From Nemertoderma westbladi (Eukaryota; Animalia; Xenacoelomorpha), in NCBI GenBank assembly GCA_032718475.1, contig JAUCBJ010006267.1:1-58209 (forward strand): DNA of 58,209 nucleotides, written 5' to 3'. This document shows, one piece after another, positions 37,945 to 49,319 of the stretch. Made by a program: the position numbers and the translations under genes. The notes beneath the pieces were generated by a model. It ran no database searches, was not told the DNA's origin, and was given only the letters and a program-made list of their open reading frames with translations. The first letter of the stretch is position 1. Each line of letters opens with the position of its first letter.

Positions 37945-38562
37945 CTCCTTTCCCTAAATTGTGAATTTAACATTGACGCGGGATATTAATTCGCCATATT
38001 GAAAAAAATGTTCAAGACAAAAATAAAAAATGTTCCAGTTTTTTTCGCTTGTAAAACGTAATTTTATTCTTAAAAATGCTTAACTCTTTAATCAAAGATA
38101 GAGCGATATAGAGTTACAAAATAAATTGAACTGTAATTAAGGACCTAGTATTTACAATATTGCTTCCATAGTTACTGCGATTCAAATTATTGTACTCTTC
38201 AACTCCGGATGCTGCCTTACTCAATGTTAAATAATTTAGTGTTCTAGAATAGTTATTACGTGACTGGAGAGCCGTTTAACTACATAAACCAATATTGGAT
38301 ATTGAGTTCCGTTTTGGAGTACGCCTTGCAGGCACTAAAGTTGCAATACCTTGAGTGTGGGAACTGTGAATGGACTTTGCTCAAAATTACTTGCAAATCT
38401 TTTCTACTCCGATGCTCTTTTAATCATGTAATAAAATTTAAGGTATTCCACCAAAAGTATTTTCTATACATTTTTCGCCGGGAAAAAACTAAACTCAATG
38501 TAATTCTATGGGTTACGTCTTTCCATAGGGATAAAAAGTACTCCTTTTTTTCTCCCGATTTT
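37945..38562 (+). mobile_element. Second copy of the 8609-9050 repeat family
   Basis: Shares ACATAAACCAATATTGGATATTGAGTTCCGTTTTGGAGTACGCCTTG and flanks; 37948-37996 also resembles positions 1-48. Confidence 0.85.
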
Positions 38563-39216
38563 GTAATTGGAAGTTGTTAATGCTGTATTTTAATTATTAT
38601 ATAACCAACCATATATACTTACTTATACAACGTATATGAAAGGCCGGGGCTGACCGTTAAACCGTATGCCTTATAATAAAAAATAAATAAAATAAAATCT
38701 GTATCACGATAGGTATAGATACTAATTGTGCTAAATTGAAGTGGAGATGTATGACACGTAGCGTGTATGGCACGGGTAGCTGTAGCTAACGTGTGTTGTG
38801 TAGGTAACCCTTTGATTATAAATATTGAAATATTAGTAAAAATAACCATGACACTGAAAACCAATTACAAGTTTTACGTTTAGTTTCATTGCGAAGAACT
38901 TGTTATTTCGCTACTGAATTTACAGTAAATACTTACGAATACTAGCATTATTAATTCCAAATTAACTATGCACCCTTCAGTCAATTAAATCAGAAAAGTA
39001 ATTGATCCACATTATCACCTCATTATAAATAAGTGTTTTAGCTCTACTTTGTGTTCAAGTTATCGCCACGCGGGTAATAAACATATAAATGAAAATAAAT
39101 GAAAAAAAAACAAATAAATAAAAAATAAATTTGTTAGCATCATCTTGGACGTGTTTTTGCACAGAGAAGTGTTTACGGGAGATTGATGCTGCTCCTCTGC
39201 GAGAAGCGGGACGCAG

Positions 39217-39410
39217 CAAACTTCGCCCGCGAGCAATCTTCGCCCGGAGAAATGTAAAGCTTCGCCCTCAAAATGAGTGTTAACAACCTCGTTTATTGTT
39301 TTGGTTAGAAAAATTCGTCACTGTAACCTACTCCTTTCCCCCAATCGGGCAAAGGTTCGACGCGGACGAAGATTTCCCGCGGGCGAAGGTTAGGCGCGGG
39401 CGAAGATTGC
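39217..39410. mobile_element. Small MITE with repeated CTTCGCCC / GGGCGAAG termini
   Basis: Left GCAAACTTCGCCCGCG.GCAATCTTCGCCC; right CGCGGGCGAAGG..CGCGGGCGAAGATTGC. Confidence 0.75.
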
Positions 39411-40484
39411 ACCCAACCCGAGAAGAATCCCTGCCCAAGTGTTCACAAGTTCTTGCTTTATTCTACCGATACCGGTAACGCAAGGTGTTACCGAGGTATA
39501 TTATATTGCTCTTGCTGACGATAAGTTATACAAAGTTATACAAAGTTATACAAAGTTATACAAAGCAATATGCCGAGAAGCAGTGGAATTCATAAATTAA
39601 TAATTTTTACTATGTTAAATCTGGGCTCCAGGCCATACGAAATACGAGCTTCAATCAAGGAAGTGTTAATTAACAACTATTAAGTTTGTTAATTAGTTTA
39701 ACTTCATTTTTAATTTTACATATATTTTTCAGGTGGGGGTGGGGTATTGGGGATGAGAGGGCACATTGGGTTTCCGTAAATCAATCACAGAAAAATATTT
39801 AGCCTAAGTAAATCCGTGGGTGGAGTGGACAAACATGTTCTACAGCTAGTTCCCAGCATCTGGGATTGCATCAGCGCATTGAGACTTATTTAAAGGCTCT
39901 TTTAAATTCACTTACTTATTAGGAAAAAAACGTTACTGTTCCTGCCACTCAACAGAGGCACGAGGCCGTCACAAGAGGGAAGCTAGTAAAGCGTTTTATT
40001 ATTATCTACAGTGGGTGCCTTGGACACTGGGCCCTTTGCTTGTGTGCAACCCGGCCCATACAGTATACTGAAGCTGCTTTAGTTACGTTTGAGTAACTAC
40101 ACTGCGTCTCGCCTCATTGGTTCATATATTAACAACCTGTTTGCAACCTACGTAGTGCAGGTTTACTCAGCGTTGTTATAATAAATATGTGTTCAGGTGT
40201 AACCTACGCATGGTTGGCTATTTAGCTTAGCGAATAGACCGAGAAAAAATAATTAAGCGATTTCTATAGTGAGTAAATTAATAACAGGATTCAATTACCC
40301 GTTCAGTGCCGTGAGGTTCCGTAGTTTTTTATATGCCACTATGCGGAGAATGTTTATTAAATGTAGGCCTGCCTACTTTCCTCTATCTGCATATACGTCG
40401 CTGGTAAACGAACTGTCGGTGTCAGTGTTAAGGTTTACATTCAAAGGAGGCCGATGGGACTCAGTTTGTGCTGATTGCCAGAAA

Positions 40485-41000
40485 AGTAGATCTGGTATGA
40501 TCTCGTCTTCAGCCTTCTCGCCCACTGAATCTTAATCTGCATTCACGGAGGGTGGTTTGATACAGGTGGTATAGTACCATAGAGCTTGGCATTTGTCATG
40601 TGTTGTCTCCAGCTGACGTTTAGGGCTGCCCCTGGTACTCTTGTGTAGCCACCATCAATTCGTTGTTCAAGTGATTTCGTCAGTTTCCAGGTCTCACCCC
40701 CGTATAAAAATACACTTTCCACTGTGGTTCGAAAGAACTTGATCTTCGGGTGAGGGAGAGGTCTCATTTCCAGATGGTATCCATTTTTGATTGAGCTACC
40801 CATGCCTTTGGCTTTCCTAACTTCTATGTCTTTATTGCTGTTCTCTATCCATTTGGTCAAGTTTCCATTAACATTAAAAGTCATGAATTCAGTCTTGGTT
40901 GCATTCATATTCAATCCAATCTCCTTATACAGCATGGACGTATTATGGTGCAAGGACATAAGATCAACCGCAACCACCTTATACAGAATGGACGTATTCA
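40485..41000 (-). mobile_element. RTE family A fragment (RT C-terminal region)
   Basis: IGLNMNATKTEFM, KDIEVRKAK and KIKFFRTTVESVFLYGGETWKLTK..RIDGGYTR..ALNVSWRQH. Confidence 0.9.
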
Positions 41001-41189
41001 TGATGCAAGGACAAGATGTCAGGTGTCCTCTTTCACAAAGATTTAGGTCTACATAGATTCCTGCATTCAATAAAACATTTGTGTTCGTCATAAAATGTTT
41101 CATTTCGCGAATGAATCAATGTGAATCAATTATATTTGATAAATATATTATTAATATTATTAAATTTATTATAAATATATATTATTATA

Positions 41190-41545
41190 TTCCTTCTCTC
41201 ACAGAAAGAACGCGAGAAGAAGGCCCACTACCAGGAGCCCTGTGAGTCGAGGCGGATGAACTTCACCCCCCTCGTGTGCTCCACCGACGGAGTCTGGGGC
41301 GCCGAGGGCGAGAAATTCATCCGCCACCTCGCGGACGCACTGGTGGTGAGGAGGGCGGGGATGAGGCAGCGGGGGATGGGAGCAGTCCTGGGGGCTGTGA
41401 GAAGGCGACTGCAGTTCGCCTTATTAAGGGCAAACTCTCTGTGCCTCCGCGGTGGAAGGAGGCCCTGGAGGGGTCTGGGGTTCGGGGACGGGGCGGGAGT
41501 CAGGGATTTGGACAGGGAGATGTACCCGTCTCCCTAACTCCCCTT
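41190..41545 (+). mobile_element. 3' fragment of a CRE-like non-LTR retrotransposon (restriction-like endonuclease C-terminus)
   Basis: GC-rich island translating KEREKKAHYQEPCESRRMNFTPLVCSTDGVWGAEGEKFIRHLA...VRRRLQFALLRANSLCLRGGR, matching the recalled E.EK..KY...F.PLV.S.DG..G.E...RL.FA.LR...CLRGSR pattern. Confidence 0.75.
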
Positions 41546-41869
41546 TAATTTATACATTCACTGTTACCATAATTTATTGTTATCTTTACTTTATTTCACC
41601 TTAAACTATTAATGTTGTTTTGAGTTAATGTTTACATTTTTTTACAAAGTAGTTATAAACTCTACACCCGAGCATATACAGTAAACACATGGTTATTTAA
41701 TTATTCCGATATATTAATACTTTAATTATATTTTAAAAGTATTAATTATTTGAATATTTCTAGAAAATTATATGTAAATTATTCAGATCACATCAATTAA
41801 TGGAGTTAATGTAAATTTTGCACCAAATTTCACTGCAGGGGTTTCCTCAATAGCTATCAACGTTTTAAC

Positions 41870-41974
41870 ATGGAATCTCAAGTCTGGTCTACAGAGACAA
41901 TAAGAGAAGCTGAACAATCCGATTCCAGTAAACCGACTCACAGTAAAGACGTCAGTGGCGATTCAGTAATGCAG
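41870..41974 (+). CDS. SKOR: SKOR/Fussel/CORL, probable first coding exon
   Basis: MESQVWSTETIREAEQSDSSKPTHSKDVSGDSVMQ|gttcgt, phase 0, matches the next exon; acceptor ctgcag at 41838. Confidence 0.65.
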
Positions 41975-42204
41975 GTTCGTTGTGAAATGAAAACTACCAT
42001 GAAAATCACCTAATCTACATACATTACAAATTCCCATGCGCCAAAAAATATTTGTAGTGGAACTTTTATTTATTGATGGAAATTCTAAATAAATTGGTAT
42101 ATTACAAGCCAAACAATAGGTAGAGTAGGGAAGAATAAGGATAGAAATAGTGACATTCTAGAATAATTTAATTAATTTTTCAATAAGCTGCGATTCAATG
42201 GGAA

Positions 42205-42368
42205 TGTAAAATAACTATTTACATACTTGTGTGTAAAGTAGCACTTTACAGTGTGGTGATCCGAGTGGCTTTGTTACACGAACGAACGTTATTGAGTGAG
42301 TGAAAATAAAGCCACGAGGATCAGAACACTGTAAAGTACTTTGCAACAAGTATGTATGTAGTTTTTTT
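42205..42368. mobile_element. Foldback element in SKOR intron
   Basis: ACATACTTGT..ACTTTACAGTGT..TGATCC..GTGGCTTT is mirrored by AAAGCCAC..GGATCA..ACACTGTAAAGT..ACAAGTATGT. Confidence 0.75.
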
Positions 42369-43466
42369 ATTCCAAAATTTTAACATTACGAAATGATTGT
42401 ACATATACATTATATAAGTGATAGAAACTGTACAAATTATATTAGTTGCTGTATAAATAAATGTAAAAATGACATATACAGTATTATGTTATAAATAAGT
42501 TAGCTTATATTTATGGTGGCGTTTGGAGCCATGTTAATAATATAGCTACTGGTTATTAATAGCTATACTTCGCCTACCGGTAGGTAATGCGGTAGGCCTA
42601 TCTGGCTGTCAGGCAAATTTCCACCTATTGTTTACGTAATAACCAATGACGGCGTTAAGTAATGTCCACTAAAGGGACATTACTTAACTGATAACACCAA
42701 ATACAATACTACATATACAGGCCAATACAATGCTGTAATGTCCTTTAAAGTTGTAAAGTGCTAAATAAAAACTCGCTATTAATACTAACGGCGTTGAGTA
42801 ATGTTACAATTTTGGATTAAAAATTTACAAGTTGCAAGTCTAATTTTATTAGAAAAACCACAATAGTTTATTTTTTATATAACGGGTTAATCTTTTGGGA
42901 ACAACGGTTTGTGATGTTGACAAATCTGATGGGCTCGGTTAACTACCCTCGTTTAGTCGAGAATTTCTGTTTATAAACTTATATGTCGCTAAGACACTTT
43001 ACTAAACAGCCAGCTGGTAACGAATTTCATATTTGTTAACCAATTTACCTTCATATTAATGAGTTAATTATAATAGGCAAATTAGAATTTTCCATTGAAA
43101 CCTATTTCATAATTAGAATTAATCTAATTCTTGTCAGTAGATTTGAGAAATTCCACTAAAAATATCATACATTTTTAAAAATTTAAAATACAATTTAAAA
43201 ATTTAAGTAATTTTTTACTAAGTTTCATACGCAGTTTTTCATTTCCCAAAATTTTGAATTTAATTTGGTTACATCCATAGGTTGAATAAATAACTAATTT
43301 CTAGCCATTGAATCAACCTCATTACGAAAGAGTATTGTGATGATCATGGCAATTGTGATGATCTTAAAAAAATATGTTTATGACATGTGCTGTGCATATC
43401 TATATCCTATTTTATCACATACTAAATGCTCTATTACATAATAAAGTCATTTTAATGTATTTGCAG

Positions 43467-43615
43467 TTGCAGAAGAACAGTGGCGTTAAGACCACTATGT
43501 TATATGGGGTACCGATTGTCGCTCTTGTTATTAACGGTACGGAGCGGCTGTGTTTGGCTCAGATATCCAATACTTTACTCAAAGATTACAGCTACAACGA
43601 AATACATAACAGACG
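43467..43615 (+). CDS. SKOR: SKOR exon: N-terminal half of the Ski/Sno/Dac domain
   Basis: LYGVPIVALVINGTERLCLAQISNTLLKDYSYNEIHNR(R) is SKOR-specific; ttgcag acceptor; CG|gtttgt, phase 2. Confidence 0.95.
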
Positions 43616-43704
43616 GTTTGTTCATTTCCTATTATAGGAGGCCTAATCTCTATTACTTACTGCAAGATTCTATGATTCTAATTGAATCTTCCCCCCAAAA
43701 GTGT

Positions 43705-43822
43705 ATAATGTTTTTACCAACTGAACCGAATCACGTTTTTGCCAACTGGTATCACGTTTTTGCCAACTGTATCACTTTTTTGCCAACAGAGTTATGTTTT
43801 GCCAATTTTATTACGTTTATGT
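43705..43822. repeat. Short degenerate ~20-bp tandem repeat in SKOR intron
   Basis: TTTTGCCAACTG(G)TATCAC repeated about 5 times. Confidence 0.8.
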
Positions 43823-44558
43823 CACTTCCGACTGATTTTGCAATGTATGTCATGTGATTGTTATCTTACAGTAGATACGTATTATATCATTATGTTTGCC
43901 CATGGTATACTTTATAGCTTAAACTTGCGCTTTACACATTAACGCACATCCATTGCAAAATTTCGGAAAATTTATTTACATTCTCCTGTGTGTGAAGTAT
44001 CATCCTATTATAAACACAGTATGTACCCTGACAGATATAATCAAATACAACAAACAAGTACAGAGTGATAAATCTTTCAGCGATGCTATTTTTCCCATCG
44101 CATATATATATCAGATACTAATGTATGCACATGTGTTTCAACAATTATCAGTTTTTCTACTTTAACTGCACTTGAACTTATGGAATGAGTATTATTTATA
44201 GAGATCATTATTTTACAACTGGATTTGTGTAACGTAACTTTTATTTATTGTAGCTTATTTATTTATTCAATTACAAGCGCCGTTTACCATGTTGCTTTTT
44301 ACATCGTTGTGAAAAATAAACCAACAGCCGAAATTGGCCAGATTACCGAGGCTAGATAATAATGCAATGTTATACAGCCCATTCCTCTTCAGGAATAAAA
44401 ATTGCCTCAGTAAAGTTTCCCTAAACATAGAAGATTATCCTAAATATAAGTATGGAATTATATATACCACCATTTTAGTAATTTGTATAATGTTGACAAA
44501 TGTATTATTGGCCTTTATATTAGATTATTATTTGTTTATTACATAATTTTATGTGCAG

Positions 44559-45485
44559 CGTTGCTCTGGGAATCACTTGTGTCCAATGTACTCCCGTCCA
44601 GCTGGAAGTCTTACGACGGGCTGGGGCGATGCCGATCTCTTCCAGACGCTGTGGAATGGTTAGCAAACGCGAAGCCGAGAGGCTCTGCAAGTCCTTTCTT
44701 TCGCTTGCCGCACCGCCGCATCTCCCAGAGAACTTCGCTTTCGAGGTGTTCCATGAATGCGCGTGGGGTGATCGCGGCAACTTCATACCTTCGCGATACA
44801 ACAGCTCCCGAGCGAAATGCATCCGCTGCGCGTATTGCAACCAATTCTTCTCTCCCAACAAGTTCATATTCCATAGTCATCGACACGCCAACTCAAAGTA
44901 CGTGCAACCAGACGCGGCTAACTTCAACTCGTGGCGACGCCACTTGCAGCTGGCGGCGGACAATCCGTCAGATGACTTGGTTTTCGCGTGGGAAGATGTC
45001 AAAGCGATGTTCAACGGCGGCTCCCGAAAGAGAAGTAACAATGTTGCCCCTGGGGACAGAAAAAGGCTTAAACAAGACCATACTAACGCGGCATTGCATT
45101 CGCAACAAACCTCCTCGACACAACACAATCTGCATACATTACCAGAACCTCCAATATCCTCTATGATTCCTTTCTACAACAACAACAACCACGCTCTCCC
45201 ACCCTGGATTCCCACACCGTCATCCGTAAAATCATCCACTGCCGCCTTACTCCCCTTCAAAGAGAAGCCTCTTCCGGGATTCATGGGGTGGCCACCGAGT
45301 GATTTCGGCTTCGGGTTTCAGATGGGCTTTGGACCAAATTTTCTACTCCCCGCGCCGAATCTAAACTTACCATCACCGCTGTTCGGAGAAGCTCCCTGTC
45401 GCCCCTCACCCACATCCAACTACGTATCCAATTCTACAAAACTGCAGAGTTATCCAGAGACTGATGTTATGATTCCTAACTACAG
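44559..45485 (+). CDS. SKOR: SKOR exon: rest of Ski/Sno domain, SAND-like SMAD4-binding domain, Pro-rich region
   Basis: VALGITCVQCTPVQLEVLRRAGAMPISSRRCGM..REAERLCKSFL, HECAWG.RGNFIPSRYNSSRAKCI.C..C..FFSPNKFIFHSH, QPDAANFNSWRRHL and WEDVKAMFNGGSRKR. Confidence 0.97.
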
Positions 45486-45854
45486 GTAATGTCGAGTCGA
45501 TATCCCATTCATTTTCATTTTCTTTACAAGTTTAATGTATTCAATGATTTCCCTTCCTGAAGGTAATAAACTTTTGTTTAGTCGTTTTTAAGTTTTGTAT
45601 TGTAAATAATAATACAGTATATGAAGTTATTAGATAATTATGGAGTTTCCAGTTTCCAACAGTAATATATTACTCTTACATTAAAAAAAATGGCTTGCAC
45701 AATTACTATTGTAAAATTGGAATCATTAAGTAGCAGGTTGAAAAGTTGACACTAGAGAAGTTAAAATGAAAGCTACATAAATAATTGACGCTCCTTCTTT
45801 ATTTACTCTACTTTATTTCCTTCTGTTATTATATATTTAGTTGTTTTATTTCAG

Positions 45855-46016
45855 TGGGTCCAGCATATCTACCGGCCAACACCACGATAAAGTTATGACG
45901 TCATTAACTTTGGCTAATGATCCCATAAGTTCAATGACTTTTGGTAATGAATTTGCCTTGGATTTACGACAAGATCGAAACAAGGATTATGTATCGGCCT
46001 TCAGTCCAATAATAAG
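45855..46016 (+). CDS. SKOR: SKOR internal exon
   Basis: tttcag|T GSSISTG...FALDLRQDRNKDYVSAFSPII AG|gtacga; phase 2 to 2; contains an SAF.P motif. Confidence 0.75.
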
Positions 46017-46072
46017 GTACGATTCCAAGACTATTATTTAATACTATAGTTTCAATTTACTACTGATAACAT

Positions 46073-46470
46073 TAGGTCGAGCGAGATCGAAAGGTGACAA
46101 TGGGATCCTTCTGGCTTCCCGATTCTCGCAAATTTCGTTTCTCTCAAGTCCAGTATCCCTTTCAAGTTGTTCAAGTTGCTTTCAAGCTTTGAAGTTGTAT
46201 GTTTCATAACCGGTCGTCCACGGCTTGATACAGGTGGTATTGTACATGAAGATTAGCGTTTGTCATTGTGTTGTCTCCAGCTGATGTTTAGTGCTGCCCT
46301 TAGTAGTCTTGTGTAACAACAATCAATTCGTTGTTCAAGTGATTTCGTCAGTGGCACGGTCTCACAACGGAATATAATCATAGTTGATTGGCTTACTTAT
46401 CCTGGGTTTATTGGCTGCCGACGTAGTCGGACCTCTGCAGTCACAGTTCTGTGGTCCGAGCTAATTAAAT
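46073..46470 (-). mobile_element. RTE family A mosaic fragment in SKOR intron
   Basis: Blocks shared with 3240-3355, 24945-25090 and 26825-26865. Confidence 0.85.
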
Positions 46471-46627
46471 ATGCCATTTAGATATACTGCCAAACAATCT
46501 AGAACATATCGAAGGCAATACCGTTATTACACAGGCAGACAGGCCCATTAATATGTAGTAGTTGACATGATTATTTGACATTTGTACCTGTGCAATATTT
46601 AAAAAAAATGCTCTGTTGGTATTTTAG

Positions 46628-46739
46628 ATCACACATGAATGGCATTCCGTCTCATTCAATTCCCTTAAAGGTGACTGATATTGATAAAAGTGAAGATACC
46701 GAAGCTGATATAGACGTTGTTGGTTCATTCAATGCTGCT
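46628..46739 (+). CDS. SKOR: SKOR internal exon
   Basis: ttttag|A SHMNGIP...SEDTEADIDVVGSFNAA|gtaagt; phase 2 to 0; acidic IDV motif. Confidence 0.75.
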
Positions 46740-46983
46740 GTAAGTAACTGAGTAAAAAAGTAATAGAGTTGCAGAGTAAATAAATAACAGAGTTGGAAAG
46801 CAAAAGGGAAAAAAGTATGAAAAAAGTAACAAAGTAAGAGTAATATTTATGTAACAAAGTAGCATGAAGTAACAAACAGAGTAAATTATCTTTAACATTT
46901 ATAATATTGAATTTGATACTTTGATAAATAATTATGTTCCTAGTTAAAAGGCTATTTTCCCTAATTTATTTCCTATTACATAG

Positions 46984-47080
46984 TTTTCAGAGAAAGCTGA
47001 TATTGAACCTGAAGAAAAAGCAAACAGTCTGGATGGTTTAGAACAGAACCACGACAACGGACCACCGAACGAGCCGCTTC
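46984..47080 (+). CDS. SKOR: SKOR internal exon
   Basis: tacatag|FSEKADIEPEEKANSLDGLEQNHDNGPPNEPL C|gtaagt; phase 0 to 1. Confidence 0.65.
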
Positions 47081-48677
47081 GTAAGTATATGTAATTAATG
47101 GAGGACAAGTTGTTAGAGTAGTCGAATCTATAACAACTTCCATCTAAGTTCCGGCGGGCAATATGGCGGAACGTTATTACAAATAATATCCTGTCAGTGG
47201 TAGTAAGTCTGTTGGAGGAACTTATGGTCATCATCCTTATGAGTGTGCGTACAGGACTGCTGTGCTGCCATATTCTTATTGTTAATTTACAATTTTTTGG
47301 AGTAATATGAACTGTATTAAGGTAAAATAAACGTCTACATATCATGCACCACACATTCACCCTACTGTGGAATAATATGCTTTAAAATAAATTAGGTTTA
47401 ACAGTAACGACACATGTAGTGTAGTTTTGCCGGTGGCTTATAATGTAAGTTGAAGTAATTGGAAGTTACACGGTGTGGAGTGCCTACGCTATCTAATGTT
47501 AACATTGATATGCATGAAATTTATCAAAAAAATAGATCTGCATTTCATGTATATATGAAAATTAGAAATGGGTATAATTCCCGCAAGAGGCTGAGGTTGC
47601 GAAGATCAACAGTAATCATTACTTAATAATATGCATGAGATGATTACATTATATTATGCGGAATTCATAATCATTCTTTACACTTTCTGCCAATTATTTT
47701 ACGGAAGCGTAAAGGTACTGAAGCTCATGATAACTACACCACAAACATTACAGTTGATGACTTCGGTTTATACATTATATATATCACTTATTAAAATAAT
47801 ATTATTCGCAAAGGGAATTCTGTTTAGCAAATTTTCTCAAGATCTGTAAGCAATGTGAAAAAACTTTGGCAACCCAAGTGCCAAAAGAATGAACTAGAAG
47901 GGAGAAGAATTAAGACTACTGTGAGGGTAGAAGTTGTGATAACTCAATTTCTTAAATGTACGATTTACAAAGAATGCGTCTTCAGGTGCTATTAAAGAGG
48001 TAGCACTTGGCACAACAAGTAACTGTGGAAATTAATTCCTAAATAATTAATGTTAATGGGCTCCTGCGTCGGCTCTATGCCACGCCTTATGTAGCGGTAT
48101 CTATTGTCATTACTCCTGACTATTTAACTCGTCCAGTATACCATACAGCCCATTGTGTCAATAAATAAAGAAAATCATATCCAATTACACATCTAAATAT
48201 TAATTGTTTGTTACCTGAAACCAAACACCTGCTCCCTTGAGCACTAGCAACAACTATTACAATAATTAGCTTCGGTTTCTACGTGTATGTGAATTACACC
48301 ATACGCATGAGGTAGATTCACACTATTTATGACCTGTAATATCTCTTCCTTCACACGGAACAGCCCTCCTCCCATTGTTTTTCTACAGATCATGGTGATC
48401 TGTAGATCCCACGAAATTTGAAATAGAGGTTGTTTCGTTTCCTTAATTATAGTGCTTGAGATGTCCAAAACTCCATTTGAGATAGTACAGTATATGCTAT
48501 ATAATATACTATGTAGGCCTACTAGTAAAACTAAACTATATAGTGAGCTGGTATTATATATAAAAAAACACGCACAAAAGTAAAAATTTTTTCTTCGGCC
48601 GTTAGGCCATGTATAACGCACAAAGTCTGACGACTTATTTCCAGTCTGTTCCCGTCAGAACTGTCCAGAGGAAACTG

Positions 48678-48765
48678 GTACTCATTTAGCTACCATTTAG
48701 GCATGGGAGGTAGAGATGCGCCCTGGCTAGTTCCTTTGAAGCATTCGCACCGAAACGAGAACTCG
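48678..48765 (-). mobile_element. SINE-like element body, copy 3
   Basis: GTACTCATTTAGCTACCATTTAGG..AGAGATGCGCCCTGGCTAGTTCCTTTGAAGCATTCG.ACCGAAACGA is the reverse complement of 683-767. Confidence 0.75.
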
Positions 48766-48809
48766 TCAGGCCAAGCGGGAATCACTTACTATTACTGAGC
48801 GCCAACCAT

Positions 48810-49147
48810 GAATAAAGGGTCGAGAGAATATTGAAAAAAATGTTCTACTTTATTCCCATATGTAATACGAAATTGTATTATTAAATTGGTTAATGTTTTT
48901 GTAATAAAATTATTTAGTTTAAAATATTATTGTAAAATTATGTAAAATTATTTAAGTTTTACTGTAACAGGAAAATCACTAAAATAATTAGTTACCATTA
49001 AATATTCAAGAAATATTCCAATCTATATTGAGTGTGTGCTCATTTTGCTCAAATTACGTGCAAACCTTTCGTACTTCGATGCTCTTTCAACACAATGTAA
49101 TAAAATTTAATAAATTCCACCAAAATTATTTTATTTTCTTGTTTTTT
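48810..49147 (+). mobile_element. Third, degenerate copy of the 8390-9050 family
   Basis: AATAAAGGGT.GA.AGAATATTGA..AAATGTTCTACTTT and CAAATTAC.TGCAAACCTTT..CGATG.TCTT are shared with that family. Confidence 0.65.
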
Positions 49148-49155
49148 TTTAATAG

Positions 49156-49319
49156 ATATCCTTCGTCAAAAGCTGCAATTGGAACGGGAAACTCGCATTC
49201 TGTTTGAACATCGACTGCAGCAGGTTCGCAATGCATTCGAACAATTCTCCAACTGCAATCCCAAGTTTACTGCGCCAACTACTACAGCCACGATGGCATC
49301 ATCAACAAGTAACCAATGA
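49156..49319 (+). CDS. SKOR: SKOR terminal exon with C-terminal coiled coil
   Basis: ttttaatag|AT ILRQKLQLERETRILFEHRLQQVRNAFEQFS...* resembles the recalled SKOR C-terminus (L..ELDQERKARYAIQQKLKEAHDALHHFS); phase 1. Confidence 0.8.
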
